Shown piece by piece: positions 45,651 through 58,346 of a stretch of DNA of 64,000 nucleotides (its first letter is position 1; every line of letters begins with the position of its first letter). The DNA is from Macrostomum hystrix (lineage: Eukaryota > Animalia > Platyhelminthes): positions 2,914,001 through 2,978,000 of the forward strand of contig CATNEN010000031.1 of NCBI GenBank assembly GCA_950097015.1, read 5' to 3'. Made by a program: the position numbers and the translations under genes. Below the pieces are notes generated by a model, which worked only from the letters and a program-made list of their open reading frames with translations, was not told the DNA's origin and did no database searches.

Positions 45651-46989
45651 CTACGGGTGTGTCATAAGTAATGTCACTGTGGTTGTTGTGCGGGAACCCA
45701 AAGCAATAATCATCCAAATATATTATATTCTGAAAGTACATTTATTGAGAAGTTGCCACCACACCTGAGCAGCAATTTTAATGTCTATGGCCAAAACTGT
45801 CGCAAGAATTTGTTAATCAGATTTAGCAAGCGCAACGCGATGAAATCTTCTTTTTGCAACGAGCAAAACTCAACATGAATCACGACAAGACGCACATCCA
45901 GTTTTACGCTTTCATTCGCTTCAAGCTTGGAAAATCTGCACTTGAAGTAGAGGAGGATCTCCGGAACACACTGCCAGACAACTGCCCAACTTTTCAGAAC
46001 TTTACTGATCCTGGGTTCGAATTGGGAGATGCCGCCAGATCTGGACGACCATGTTCAACCAGGACAATAGAGAACATCGAAGTCATCAGCGACCTGGTCA
46101 AGGAAGACCCGCGGCAGTCTGTCAGGGAGCTAGCGGACTGCTTGGAGATTGATTTTAAGACAGTCCATCACATCTTGACAGAGGATCTCCATCTCCGAAA
46201 CGTCTGCTCGGTCTGGGTGCCCCATGACCTCACTGCGGACCAACGTCAGGCCCGTGTGAACTGCGCCAATCAGATCCGCAAGGTGTTCAGCAGCCGGGGC
46301 TTGGATGACATCCTAAACTGCCTGGTTGTTGAGGATGAGACCTGGCTCCACCTGGATGGCAAAAGCAGCAAGGCAGACAATCGCTGCTGGCTGGGAGCTG
46401 GGGACTCCAGGCTGACTGTGACCAGGAGGTCCATCTCAGACAAGAAGACCATGCTGCTGGTGGCATTCACGTTAAACAAACGAGTCTCCATCTGTACAAC
46501 TCCGCCAAACACCAAGGTCGATGGCCAGTACTTCATCGACTTTGTCCGACACACTGGGAACCTCTGGCGCACGCTCCGGTCAAACCCGATTCACCTGAAC
46601 GAAGTTCTGTGGCAGATGGACAACGCACGGCCCCACACCTGTCAGGCTGTTTCGGATTTTCTGGCTGGACGGCGAGTAAATCTGCTCTGGCAGAGTCCCT
46701 ACAGCCCAGACTTCAACTTGTGCGACAGGTTTCTCTTTAAATGGCTGAAGGCAGACTTTTCGCAGAGAAGTTTCGCAAACCATGATGAGGTCAAAGAAGC
46801 CGCGTTGCACTGGTTCCGACAGCTGGAGGAAAAACACCTGCAGGCTGAGGTAGAGAAGCTGTACGAGCACTGCCAGAGGGTGATTGATATTGGGGGACAC
46901 TATGTTGTTGATTGATACAGTTTCGTTCATCTGCGATTGTTAGTTGGTCTGTTTTACCCTCAGTGACATTATTTATGACACACCCGAAG
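45651..46989 (+). mobile_element. Full-length mariner (DD34D) DNA transposon, 1339 bp
   Basis: 29-bp TIRs 45651-45679 and 46961-46989 with 2 mismatches; flanked by TA (45649-45650, 46990-46991). Confidence 0.93.
45875..46915 (+). CDS. Mariner transposase, 346 aa
   Basis: WVPHDL, EDETW, DNARPH, and YSPDFNLCD with 34 residues between the second and third catalytic Asp; RSGRP linker. Confidence 0.93.
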   Translation: MNHDKTHIQFYAFIRFKLGKSALEVEEDLRNTLPDNCPTFQNFTDPGFELGDAARSGRPCSTRTIENIEVISDLVKEDPRQSVRELADCLEIDFKTVHHILTEDLHLRNVCSVWVPHDLTADQRQARVNCANQIRKVFSSRGLDDILNCLVVEDETWLHLDGKSSKADNRCWLGAGDSRLTVTRRSISDKKTMLLVAFTLNKRVSICTTPPNTKVDGQYFIDFVRHTGNLWRTLRSNPIHLNEVLWQMDNARPHTCQAVSDFLAGRRVNLLWQSPYSPDFNLCDRFLFKWLKADFSQRSFANHDEVKEAALHWFRQLEEKHLQAEVEKLYEHCQRVIDIGGHYVVD

Positions 46990-47409
46990 TACAATGAACC
47001 ATCTACTTAGATGAACTCGAAACTTAAATAAGAGGAAAGCATGAAAAAATGACTTCCTTGGTGTAGCACCAATTTTGGGGCTTTGCAAGAAAAACAAATC
47101 ACTGACAAATAAGCTTCTGGCTTAGTACAGCAGTGTGTTGTACAGCCGACACTATGGCAATAAACTTAATGTGCAGATAGGAATAGGACACAACTATTTG
47201 CAAGGAAGGAAAAAAATTAAGTTTTTTGGAAGAGAAAAATTGACAATTTTTCATATAAAATCCATGAGAGGCTTGAAGACTGGCCAAGCCTGATTTGAGC
47301 CGTCCGATGAAAAAGTAGGAAAAAGGAAGAAGGGCCTGAACGTGCACAGAACAAACTGTATGGTGCTTAAGGCTGCGACTGTAGGGCGTAGGGTACGCTT
47401 GTATTGGCT

Positions 47410-48032
47410 GCTCGCTGATTGGCTAGGTGTGAAGCAGTAGCTGATTGGCTGGTTGTAGGGTAGTGTCTGATAGTCGATTGGCTGGTTGTAGGGTAGTGTC
47501 TGATAGCCGATTGGATGGGTGTAGGGTAGTGTCTGATAGCTGATTGGCTGGGTGTAGATAGTGTCTGATAGCTGATGGTTTGGGTGTAGGTAGTGTCTGA
47601 TAGCTGATTGGCTGGGTGTAGGTAGTGTCTGATAGCTGATGGTTTGGGTGTAGGTAGTGTCTGATAGCTGATTGGCTGGTTGTAGGTAGTGTCTGATAGC
47701 TGATGGGTTGGGTGTAGGTAGTGTCTGATAGCTGATTGGCTGGGTGTGGGGTAGTGTCTGATAGCTGATGGGTTGGGTGTAGGTAGTGTCTGATAGCTGA
47801 TTGGCTGGGTGTGGGGTAGTGTCTGATAGCTGATTGGCTGGGTGTGGGGTAGTGTCTGATAGCTGATTGGCTGGGTGTGGGGTAGTGTCTGATAGCTGAT
47901 TGGCTGGGTGTGGGGTAGTGTCTGATAGCTGATTGGCTGGGTGTAGGTAGTGTCTGATAGCTGATGGGTTGGGTGTAGGTAGTGTCTGATAGCTGATTGG
48001 CTGGGTGTGGGGTAGTGTCTGATAGCTGATTG
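47410..48032. repeat. 32-bp minisatellite downstream of CTDSP
   Basis: Unit tagtgtctgatagctgattggctgggtgt(a/g)gg. Confidence 0.93.
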
Positions 48033-48063
48033 TCTAAAGCGCAAAATCAGGCTTCAGCCAGAC

Positions 48064-51000
48064 TTAGTGCTCGTGCAGGTGCAGAATGTGGCCAAAGTTG
48101 AGCAGTGCGTGAGACGGTGGCGGATGCTCGCGAAGGTGGGCCGGTACGGACTGGGCTTTCGCGAGTTCCTCCATGTAGGGCAGGAGGTCGCGCAGCTCGG
48201 TGTCCGACTTCTCGCCGAGCCAGGTTTTCACCTGGATCTGCGCGGGTGAGAGTCGAAACAATAGCATTATTTATACGAGCGTAGCAAGCGTTTTCAAAAG
48301 ACTTTTAATTAAAAATGACAGCTGTGGGTTGTAAGATTGAGGATATCTGAAATATGATTCAAAAGGCCCACTCTGATTGAAGATATATTGTGGAGATGAC
48401 TTAAAAAACAATACTAGTGATCCTTATGGCAGTTATCCCAAACAAGAACAGTAAAATATAACTGTTCGACGAAGTAGTGGGGATAGGAAATTACGTATGG
48501 TGTCAAATAGGATAGTAGGGTGTCAGATCTGACAGTACGGAGCCATATGCGACACTTAGGGTGTCAGATGTGACAGTAGGGTGTCAGATGTGACAGTAGG
48601 GTGCCAGATCTGACAGTACGGAGCCATATGCGACACTTAGGGTGTCAGATGTGACAGTAGGGTGTCAGATGAGACAGTAGGGTGTCAGATGTGACAGTAG
48701 GGTGTCAGATGAGACAGTAGGGTGTCAGATGTGACAGTAGGGTGTCAGATGAGACAGTAGGGTGTCAGATGTGATAGTTATGTGTCAGAGGTTAGATAGC
48801 TAGGCACAGATGGTAATTGGTGTTACTCTATGGCGCTCTCACCGCGTTCTCTTTATTCAGCATATAGGACGCCGGCGAATTGTCAATGATGACGCACCGG
48901 TCAACTGGGCGTCCAAGCAGCGACAAGTCCTTCACGTAGTTGTCGCAGTGGAAGACGCAGGCCTCTCTGAACAGGCGGTACTTGAGTGCGCCCCACTTGT
49001 CCAGGTGGTCCGACACGGGGTCAGCGTACTGGATACAAAGAATGATGCAGCAGGTATTATGTATAAATAAATAGTCACAGTGACTTCTACTTTTTAATTG
49101 AAGAACGAAACTCAAAGTTTCTCAAACTCAAACTCAAAGTCCCTGATGAACGACTCAATCATTCCCACCCCTAGCTCAAGTCGTTCTTTTACCTCTGCTT
49201 TTCTTGATACATTGAATCTAACACTCCTCTGTCTCTTCCACCTTTTAATATTCCATCTCTGCCAACTGTTAATATTCCATCTCTGCCAACTGTAAATATT
49301 CCATCTCTGCCAACTGTTAATATTCCATCTGTCCCACCTGTTAATATTCCATCTCTCCCGCCTGTAAATATTCCATCTCTCCCACATGTTAATATTCCAT
49401 CTGTCCCACCTGTTAATATTCCATCTCTCCCACCTGTTAATATTCCATCTGTCCCACCTGTTAATATACCATATCTTTCACCTGTCACTCTGACCTTTAA
49501 AAGTTAGTTCATCGTAAAGGGCATACAAATGGTGTACTTTCAAGAAAATCGGTCATTCGGTTTGGGAGCTGTCGTGAAGTAGGCAGTGAGTATTTGAAAT
49601 ACACCCGAGGCCATTCCCCTGGGAGAAAATAGCGTCATATTTCTACTAATAATAAGCCTATCTTAGCTTTGCTAATACTAAGCTTGTGAGTTCTTATCCA
49701 GACTTGAAAAAGTGCACAAAGTATCAGAGATCAATAATTAATTATTGTCTATTCAGACTGTGGCAGACATCGGCGTTGAGGCTAACTTATTCATTTTCTA
49801 TATTAAGCGAAAACGGATAAACGAGTATGCAGACATGATACAATCATCTGAACAGCCAGTGCAGTGTCACTCTCCCAGCTGAACAGCCAGTGCAGTGTCA
49901 CTCTCCCAGCTGAACAGCCAGTGCAGTGTCACTCTCCCAGCTGAACAGCCAGTGCAGTGTCACTCTCCCAGCTGAACAGCCAGTGCAGTGTCACTCTCCC
50001 AGCTGAACAGCCAGTGCAGTGTCACTCTCCCAGCTGAACAGCCAGTGCAGTGTCACTCTCCCAGCTGAACAGCCAGTGCAGTGTCACTCTCCCAGCTGAA
50101 CAGCCAGTGCAGTGTCACTCTCCCAGCTGAACAGCCAGTGCAGTGTCACTCTCCCAGCTGAACAGCCAGTGCAGTGTCACTCTCCCAGCTGAACAGCCAG
50201 TGCAGTGTCACTCTCCCAGCTGAATAGCCAGTGCAGTGTCACTCTCCCAGCTGAATAGCCAGTGCAGTGTCACTCTCCCAGCTGAACAGCCAGTGCAGTG
50301 TCACTCTCCCAGCTGAACAGCCAGTGCAGTGTCACTCTCCCAGCTGAACAGCCAGTGCAGTGTCACTCTCCCAGCTGAACAGCCAGTGCAGTGTCACTCT
50401 CCCAGCTGAACAGCCAGTGCAGTGTCACTCTCCCAGCTGAATAGCCAGTGCAGTGTCACTCTCCCAGCTGAATAGCCAGTGCAGTGTCACTCTCCCAGCT
50501 GAATAGCCAGTGCAGTGTCACTCTCCCAGCTGAATAGCCAGTGCAGTGTCACTCTCCCAGCTGAACAGCCAGTGCAGTGTCACTCCCAGCTGAATAGCCA
50601 GTGCAGTGTCACTCCCAGCTGAATAGCCAGTGCAGTGTCACTCTCCCAGCTGAACAGCCAGTGCAGTGTCACTCTCCCAGCTGAATAGCCAGTGCAGTGT
50701 CACTCTCCCAGCTGAACAGCCAGTGCAGTGTCACTCTCCCAGCTGAACAGCCAGTGCAGTGTCACTCTCCCAGCTGAACAGCCAGTGCAGTGTCACTCCC
50801 AGCTGAACAGCCAGTGCAGTGTCACTCTCCCAGCTGAACAGCCAGTGCAGTGTCACTCCCAGCTGAATAGCCAGTGCAGTGTCACTCTCCCAGCTGAATA
50901 GCCAGTGCAGTGTCACTCTCCCAGCTGAACAGCCAGTGCAGTGTCACTCTCCCAGCTGAACAGCCAGTGCAGTGTCACTCTCCCAGCTGAATAGCCAGTG

Positions 51001-54000
51001 CAGTGTCACTCTCCCAGCTGAACAGCCAGTGCAGTGTCACTCCCAGCTGAATAGCCAGTGCAGTGTCACTCCCAGCTGAATAGCCAGTGCAGTGTCACTC
51101 TCCCAGCTGAACAGCCAGTGCAGTGTCACTCTCCCAGCTGAATAGCCAGTGCAGTGTCACTCTCCCAGCTGAACAGCCAGTGCAGTGTCACTCTCCCAGC
51201 TGAACAGCCAGTGCAGTGTCACTCTCCCAGCTGAACAGCCAGTGCAGTGTCACTCTCCCAGCTGAACAGCCAGTGCAGTGTCACTCTCCCAGCTGAACAG
51301 CCAGTGCAGTGTCACTCCCAGCTGAATAGCCAGTGCAGTGTCACTCTCCCAGCTGAATAGCCAGTGCAGTGTCACTCTCCCAGCTGAACAGCCAGTGCAG
51401 TGTCACTCTCCCAGCTGAACAGCCAGTGCAGTGTCACTCTCCCAGCTGAATAGCCAGTGCAGTGTCACTCTCCCAGCTGAACAGCCAGTGCAGTGTCACT
51501 CTCCCAGCTGAACAGCCAGTGCAGTGTCACTCTCCCAGCTGAACAGCCAGTGCAGTGTCACTCTCCCAGCTGAACAGCCAGTGCAGTGTCACTCTCCCAG
51601 CTGAACAGCCAGTGCAGTGTTACTCTCCCAGCTGAACAGCCAGTGCAGTGTCACTCTCCCAGCTGAACAGCCAGTGCAGTGTTACTCTCCCAGCTGAACA
51701 GCCAGTGCAGTGTCACTCTCCCAGCTGAACAGCCAGTGCAGTGTTACTCTCCCATTGCATAGCAGTGCATTGTTAGCCAAATCAGGCCGATTCTCACCTT
51801 GGCCAAGCTAGCCGTGAACAGCACGCATTCAAACAATTCGCCCATTCGCCTTAGAAACTCATCAGCGTAGGGCCGTTTGAGCACGTAGACCTGGTGAACG
51901 AAGCCTTCAATTTCGACGCCGATGCAGAAGTCAGGATCTTGAACGTACTGAAGCGAATAAGAATGAGAGGATGATTCCATAAATTAGCTTTGATCCGTAA
52001 ATCACACGGAAAACAGTAATACGGCAAGTTATAAGTGGGTTTGTTATTAGTGGCAAATCTCCCCTAGTTAATGATGAAAACAGAGGGAAAGTACTAGGTA
52101 CGTGGGAACGGGGATGGCGACAGGGCGAGCTGCTAAAGTGCGAATTCCATATTCAGTCTTCTATAATACTAAAGAACGACCTCCCATTTTCTACATTTTG
52201 GTGTAGAAATGTGAACCCGCGGGTCGAGTGCAAGCGTGTCACTGTGCCGGTTTAGGAAGCAAATGTACTTTTAATTTCATACAGTGGCCTTGTCACTCGC
52301 CTAAGCTAATGGTTAATGCTCGAAATTCCTATACAGTTTTTAATGGACACATTTTTATCGGCCCTTACTTAAAAGTAAAGCTATTGCAGCAAATGCGCCT
52401 ATTACAATAACAGATACACTACATGCGGCTGGTTAAGTGCTTTATCGACAACGATACATAATACAAATGGAAACAATAAATAGACACAAAAAATGGACAC
52501 ATTACAGACCATTTCCCAGTAAGCAACGCTGCCGAAATAGATCAAGCAGCTTTAACGACTAGTGTTTCAGAAGTGCTCAAACCGAGGACTGGAGGGGCTA
52601 GTGCTGTGCTCAAACTGAGGACTGGAGGGGCTAGTGCTCAAACTGAGGACTGGAGTGGCTATTGCTGTGCTCAAACTGAGGACTGGAGTGGCTAGTGCTG
52701 TGCTCAAACTGAGGACTCAAAGGACTAATGCTGTGCTCAAACTGAGGACTGGAGTGGCTAGTGCTGTGCTCAAACTGAGGACTGGAGTGGCTAGTGCTGT
52801 GCTCAAACTGAGGACTGGAGGGGCTGGTGCTGTGCTCAAACTGAGGACTGGAAGGGCTGGTGCTGTGCTCAAACTGAGGACTGGAGGGGCTGGTGCTGTG
52901 CTCAAACTGAGGACTGGAAGGGCTGGTGCTGTGCTCAAACTGAGGACTGGAAGGTCTAATGCACAAACTGAGGACTGGAGGGGCTGGTGCTGTGCTCAAA
53001 CTGAGGACTGGAGGGGCTGGTGCTGTGCTCAAAGTGAGGACTCAAAGGGCTAATGCTGTGCTCAAACTGAGGACTGGAGGGGCTAGTGCTCAAACTGAGG
53101 ACTGGAGTGGCTATTGCTGTGCTCAAACTGAGGACTGGAGTGGCTAGTGCTGTGCTCAAACTGAGGACTCAAAGGACTAATGCTGTGCTCAAACTGAGGA
53201 CTGGAGTGGCTAGTGCTGTGCTCAAACTGAGGACTGGAGTGGCTAGTGCTGTGCTCAAACTGAGGACTGGAGGGGCTGGTGCTGTGCTCAAACTGAGGAC
53301 TGGAAGGGCTGGTGCTGTGCTCAAACTGAGGACTGGAGGGGCTGGTGCTGTGCTCAAACTGAGGACTGGAAGGGCTGGTGCTGTGCTCAAACTGAGGACT
53401 GGAAGGTCTAATGCACAAACTGAGGACTGGAGGGGCTGGTGCTGTGCTCAAACTGAGGACTGGAGGGGCTGGTGCTGTGCTCAAAGTGAGGACTCAAAGG
53501 GCTAATGCTGTGCTCAAACTGAGGACTGGTGCTGTGCTCAAACTGAGGACTGGAGGGGCTGGTGCTGTGCTCAAACTGAGGACTGGAGGGTCTAGTGCTT
53601 AAACTGTGGACTGGAAGGGCGGGTGTTGTGGTCAAACTGAGGACTGGAGGGGCTAGTGCTTAAACTAAGGACTGGAAGGGCTGGTGCTGTGCTCAAACTG
53701 AGGACTGGAGGGGCTAGTGCTTAAACTAAGGACTGGAAGGGCTGGTGCTGTGCTCAAACTGAGCATTGGAAGGGCTGGTTATCGAACTTAGGACTGGAAG
53801 GGCTGGTGCCGTGCTCAAACTGATAGGACAGGAGGAGCTTTTGTGAAAATAATAGAAAAGTGGTCCAAGTTGGGCGGCACAGTAAAGGAGGAACCTCACC
53901 TTGAAGGAGCTATGTACCAGAGTCTCATCCAGGTCGATGACAGCGCAGATACGGTCGGCCATGGCGGGATCCCTCGGTCCCAGCAGGTCGGGTATCCTGG

Positions 54001-57000
54001 TTTGGCCATTCTTGTAGTGCTCGCTGCGACCCTCCGGCCCGCTTGAGTTGCCAACACCGAAGCAGCAGAGCAGGCGATTTAGAAGGCCGCCGCCACTGCG
54101 GCGTCGGCGTCGGCGTTTTCCATCGACTGGCGATTTCACCTGTTCCAGGTCCACCTCTGATAGGGCCTCATCTGAGATGATCAGGCATGGCGTGGGTAAG
54201 GTGGAAAATATAGCTCAGTAGATTATCAAGGCAACAATATATAAATTTGGGACTTTCTTAAAGTAACATATTTTCTAGCAAAACAGCATTCATATGGTGA
54301 GAAATGTCAATAAGCATAGTAAACAAATTTGTAAGTTTCGAAGCTCTTTTCCTTGGGTAAAACAAACATTTTAAGTACCACAGCATTAAAAAACCAATGC
54401 ATTGTTACACGAAAAGATGTCTGAATTCTAAGTGATATTGCCAATTAGAACAGAAATTTCAGGTGTCTTTGGCAGTAATTATTTGCCAACGAATGAAAAT
54501 ACCCATATTATAATGAACATGGGTATATATTCTAACTTTTAAGATAATCCATTACTTTAAGTATGGGTAATCAAACTTACTATAAATTTATTTTTAGTAT
54601 GAATTTTTAATGCATTTCTAAGTAATCTATGTTTCAAGGTACAAGACCTCATTATAATAATAGTAGTCAATTTAGTTGTGGTCAGAAAAATTGGCACTTA
54701 GTAGATTAAGCACTTTTAATGAATTATGGTACATATTGTAAATGTTAGTGATGTACATAGGTTACACTGTAACATAGGTTAGTCTAGTAACTATACCATT
54801 ACAAGCAATTTGATTTAAAGACATGTACATAAACATTAAATGTATAACTTATACTTGTCATTAATTAAAGTTTTACATTTTTGCCAGATATTATATTTTT
54901 TCTATTATGCCTACCACTTAAACAGAATATTTTCATTTAGTTCTATTACAAAGAAAAAAATAATGAAGAAAAATGTTATGATTACAAGGTTACAACCCTA
55001 ATAATATTGCAAAAATTATTTTTTTGCACTAAACTGGTGTTTAAAGTTTGTCATAGATCAAAATTTAGCTACTTTAAAAAAATGGGCAAATATCATGTTT
55101 TTATCAAAATATGAAACACTTTTTGTTGACAATAAAGCTTACATTTGCTTTTTTCTTCCTTAGTCAATCTGTAGTTAAAGCCATAAGACCATTTTGATGT
55201 AATTTAGCCTAATTTTTTGTAGTCACACTTTGTTTCTTTGGGATTAATATTTCTTTGTCTAATAATAGCAACTTACCAAAAATAAATACACATAGATGAA
55301 AAAACATACAGTTATTGGTAGGTAGGCATTTCTGGTCTTTTTGTCTGCCACAATATTGTATGCGATTATAGTTTTTCACGTTTTTCAAGTTTTTCATTTG
55401 AAAAAACTCATCTGCCATAAGGTCAAAGCTGCTACAGCTTTTATTGCCATAAAATAAAATATTGCATTGATTTTTAAATATACTCATGCCAGGGATGCTC
55501 ACACAAGTTTGGTTTGCAGGAAGGTGGTGCTCTTTGCAGGCTCCTCCCAGCTCTTAATTAAATTGTCACAGCCTGTTTTAACAAGGCAACATATATTGAC
55601 CTTTTGTTATCTGTGACTGCTAAGAGCAACAAACAAATATTGGATAACGCTGGACAGAACCTAAAACCACTACCCCAAAAAATTCTTGCTACACCCCCTG
55701 AGCAAAGACATTTTATTTGAAACAATTACAAATTTACATTTTGAATATTGAACCCAAAAATAATTGGCTGATGGATTGGCCATTGGTCTGTCTCTTGCCT
55801 TTTGCACCAAGGCTGGATTCTGCAGCAAGGCCACATTTATTTGTGGTGCAGCAGCAGAAAGAAGACTTGGGGGGTGTTATGTAATTTATGCCCTTGAGGG
55901 CCAACCTCCAAGGCACAGTGAGATTGTACACTGCCTAACAATGCGAAAATCAGGGCAGATGTACATACCTGTGTGAGCATGTGCCAGCGTACAGTATTTG
56001 TGTGCTTTTACGCTCAGGAGTCAGCATAATGGGTAGAATTATGGGGCTTCTTGAACTTTAATCCTATAAAATAGCTCCAGTTTTAGTAGGCACAGAAATC
56101 TGTCTATAGTTAAATAGATCTGTGTCTATCTATTATTATTATATATACAACTACTTTCCTAGGAATGGTTTTGTTATCACAGGATGACCAACATTTTTGG
56201 TACACAGGGGATTAGGGATTTTAGAAGATCATTCTTCTTGGGGTGTTTTTGTTGTAGGAGAATGGCAAATAAATAGGATTAAACTTCAATAGAGCCAAGG
56301 GGACCTATTAAAGATTACTCATCTCTAAAGATTACTCATTTTGGGTGGCCTTTAGGCCCTAGCCAAAAGGCTTTTGTGGGAACCCTAATATATAGGAATA
56401 CAACAAAAAGCTGGATATAGTGATTAAGAGGTTTTGGGTCAGGTAAATTCTGTGTGAATAATAAATAGGACAAACCTTTAATTGGAGACATGGGGACCTT
56501 TTGAAGATTATTACCATTTATTATAGGGTAGACCTAATGACATTTGTGGGTATCCAAATATATCTGAATCAGATACAATGATAATGACTCAATGAGGATA
56601 AATGACAGCAACAAATATGCAATGAAGAGCTCTTGTATTTTTATTAATTTATTTATATATAATGTTTGTGTATAAAAGTATGTAAATAAAGCCTAGTTTT
56701 ATTTTAAATTTTATTAAAAACTATAAGAAAACTAAGCTAACTACTTTATACATATTTTTTAAGTTACAGGTAAGCTACAAAAGATAGTCAATCAACAACC
56801 CACTGTATTCTAGCAGATTCTAGACACTTCATCATCTTACAACTTTGTCATCCACTTGGAAGGTAGGACACTTTGTCATCAGGCCAATTCGCATGCTTTA
56901 AAGTTTGGTCAGTTTGTCATCTACTAATAACAAGCAATCAAGTTCGTCATCAATAAAGTGAATACAGGACAGTTTGGTAACAGACAGTTCGGTAACACTC

Positions 57001-58346
57001 AAGGACAGTTCGGTAACATAGGCCTACAGGAGACAGTTCGGTAACATACAGGAGACAGTTCGGTAACACACCGGGGACAGTTCGGTAACAATTGAAAGTC
57101 AATAAAATCAATCTAGGTTTGTTCTAACAATGTATCTACTATCGTTGCTAGGACACAACTGACTGATGTTACTGATGTATCTGAAACTGACACGTCATTT
57201 AGAGTGTGTAAGTAGGGTAAAGGCTCGTTCAAAGGGATGTACAAAGGGATGAAAAATTAGTGCAAATTGTGTGATCACACGAAATATGGCCTCACTTGAT
57301 GACTGTATGAATGGGCCTTAAGTGTGCTAGTTGGCTGCTGAAATACTATTTATTGTAGCATTGATATCAATATACAAGAATTGTATTTTATCCGAACTAA
57401 ATATAAAATACTTTCTCAAAAAACCCTTCCAATCCAGTTTAATCAATTGTTACCGAACTGTCCCTTGATATGTTACCGAACTGTCCTATGGTGTTACCGA
57501 ACTGTCTGTTACCCAATTGTCTGTTACCGAATTGTCCTGCTACCAATAAAGTGAGGGTAGGGGTAGTGGGGCAGAGGTGTGAACACACTTCACACATTCA
57601 CACTCTAAATTGTCAAAAGTGTCAAAACTGATTATATAAGAGTTGAAAGATATATGCCAACACAATGTGAGGAGGGGTGGGGAGGGGTGGTTCTGTTTTA
57701 ACTTTGAAAACTTTTGTTTTATAGATGACAAAGTGATCACAAGTCTAAGTCTCTTTGTCATCCACCCTCTGAGATATTGGACAGATTGTCATCTGGATGA
57801 TGAAGTTGTAAGATGACAAAGTGTCCATGTACTTATTCTAGTAGGCCTATGATCCACTAGAAGATAGTGGGTGAAGTTTTAAGTCAATTGGAAAACATAA
57901 AGTATTTTATAGAATTTTATAGATAGGGCTGAAGCCTAAATTATGTCCTTGCTGGCTACAGGTTTACTGCCACCAAATGACAGCCCACAGCTGTCCTGCA
58001 AGGCTGCTATTATTATTATTGGCCATCGGGTCATTTTCAAAACCTGGATCTGAATGGCATTTAGGCCTATCTATTTAAATATATATATTTAAAGTTCAAT
58101 ATTTAAAATAACTCCACAAACTTTTACATGGACACAGTGCAAAGAAGAATACTACTACATACCAGCACACTGATTAGGGTTTGAGTTAGAGACATCATTT
58201 CCTTTCTTTTCAGGAGACTGGACAAATGATGATTCTTCATTTGATGTAGAAGTTCCCTCTTGCTCCTCTGTGTGTTCAGCTGGCAAGCTAATCCTTGCTA
58301 TGACAGCAGGATCAGTTACTTGTGTAATGACTGACGTGATATCCAT
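48064..58346 (-). CDS. CTDSP: Small CTD phosphatase (CTDSP/SCP family, HAD DxDxT), 321 aa, 5 exons
   Basis: Exons 58346-58163, 54171-53900, 51947-51798, 49028-48843, 48237-48064; phases 1,0,0,0; total 966 nt. [11 protein letters not shown]-terminus typical of the family, [37 protein letters not shown]. Confidence 0.93.
48510..48780. repeat. 20-bp minisatellite in CTDSP intron 4
   Basis: Unit gtagggtgtcagatg(t/a)gaca. Confidence 0.9.
49243..49482. repeat. 24-bp minisatellite in CTDSP intron 3
   Basis: Unit aatattccatct(c/g)tcccacctgtt. Confidence 0.9.
49850..51750. repeat. 31-bp minisatellite in CTDSP intron 3
   Basis: Unit gaa(c/t)agccagtgcagtgtcactctcccagct, about 60 near-identical copies. 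Confidence 0.96.
52572..53822. repeat. 33-bp minisatellite with a 452-bp higher-order duplication in CTDSP intron 2
   Basis: Unit tgctgtgctcaaactgaggactggaggggctgg; identical ORF translations at 52634 and 53086. Confidence 0.95.
55855..56045 (+). mobile_element. SINE family 1, partial body
   Basis: cccttgagggccaacctccaagg...gctcaggagtcagc is the reverse complement of the family-1 body. Confidence 0.7.
56815..57833. mobile_element. Second copy of the CGTCATC MITE, interrupted by a nested element
   Basis: Same TIRs and internal sequence as 21908-22354; TATTCTAG on both flanks. Confidence 0.8.
56960..57543. mobile_element. Nested foldback-like MITE with long subterminal ACAGTTCGGTAAC repeats
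   Basis: Inverted arrays (gacagttcggtaaca / tgttaccgaactgtc); CAATAAAGT(GA) is duplicated at both ends and single in the uninterrupted copy near 22060. Confidence 0.82.

Noticed and set aside
47367-53635. Repetitive ORFs at 47367-48044 and 52631-53635
   Set aside because: Minisatellite artefacts outside or inside introns of CTDSP.
58163-58346. CTDSP exon 1 as spurious because it is more AT-rich than other exons
   Set aside because: It encodes the family-typical MDxxxVITQV N-terminus and splices in phase to exon 2, so it was kept in the model.
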